This document shows, piece by piece, positions 63,658 through 64,000 of a stretch of DNA of 64,000 bases. How positions within the stretch are numbered: the first letter of the stretch is position 1; each line of letters opens with the position of its first letter. This DNA is from Octopus sinensis. Lineage: Eukaryota. The DNA lies in assembly GCF_006345805.1 (NCBI RefSeq), contig NC_043014.1, positions 3,038,001 to 3,102,000 of the forward strand, given 5' to 3'. The position numbers and the translations under genes were made by a program. The notes beneath the pieces are model-generated. The model was not told the DNA's origin. It ran no database searches and was given only the letters and a program-made list of their open reading frames with translations.

Positions 63658-64000
63658 TATATATTATATATAAAAGCATACTGGGAGAAAGGAAGGAAAC
63701 GAAACGACGCGAGGGCGCTCAGTCATACAATAATGTAATAAATAAAATATATGCATACATACATACATATATGTACGTACCTACATCTACATGTATATAT
63801 ATACATGCATATATATATATATATGTGAGTACAGGACACCACAAATAGACGTGGAACTCAACGAGAAACGAAAACATAAAAACAAGGGAACGGACTTTTT
63901 TCAACAACGAAAAAACGGAACACAGAACAAACAACACAAGGAACATTCCCCTTCATCAGCTGTCCCCGGTTCAACTCCATGCGTGTTTTGAAGGTAAGGA

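Noticed and set aside
63830-64000. Repeat with CTGATGA on the minus strand near 63952-63958, possibly Penelope-related
   Set aside because: No GAAA or stems in the required positions within the window, and the element is cut by the window end.

Overview
AT-rich, microsatellite- and retroposon-saturated animal genomic DNA; the repeat landscape looks like an octopus (coleoid cephalopod) genome, which is an inference. The only confidently supported protein-coding gene is a minus-strand amyloid precursor protein (APP/APPL) family gene. Nine coding exons (30736 to 6080) splice in phase through GT-AG introns into 1725 nt (574 aa plus stop), giving E1 (GFLD+CuBD), a very short acidic linker, E2, a Gln/Glu-rich linker, the TM helix and an AICD ending in YENPTY. 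The signal-peptide exon was not found. The introns carry several tRNA-type SINE families, CR1 and RTE LINE 3' ends, a decayed DD37D (maT) Tc1/mariner, piggyBac- and hAT-type MITEs and non-autonomous Helitrons. The most striking non-gene structure is in the intron at 25272-30568: two adjacent long fold-back repeats whose arms carry minimal type I hammerhead ribozyme motifs of the Penelope-retroelement kind, with the best-preserved copy on the APP sense strand. Most ORFs in the supplied track are microsatellite or repeat artefacts.
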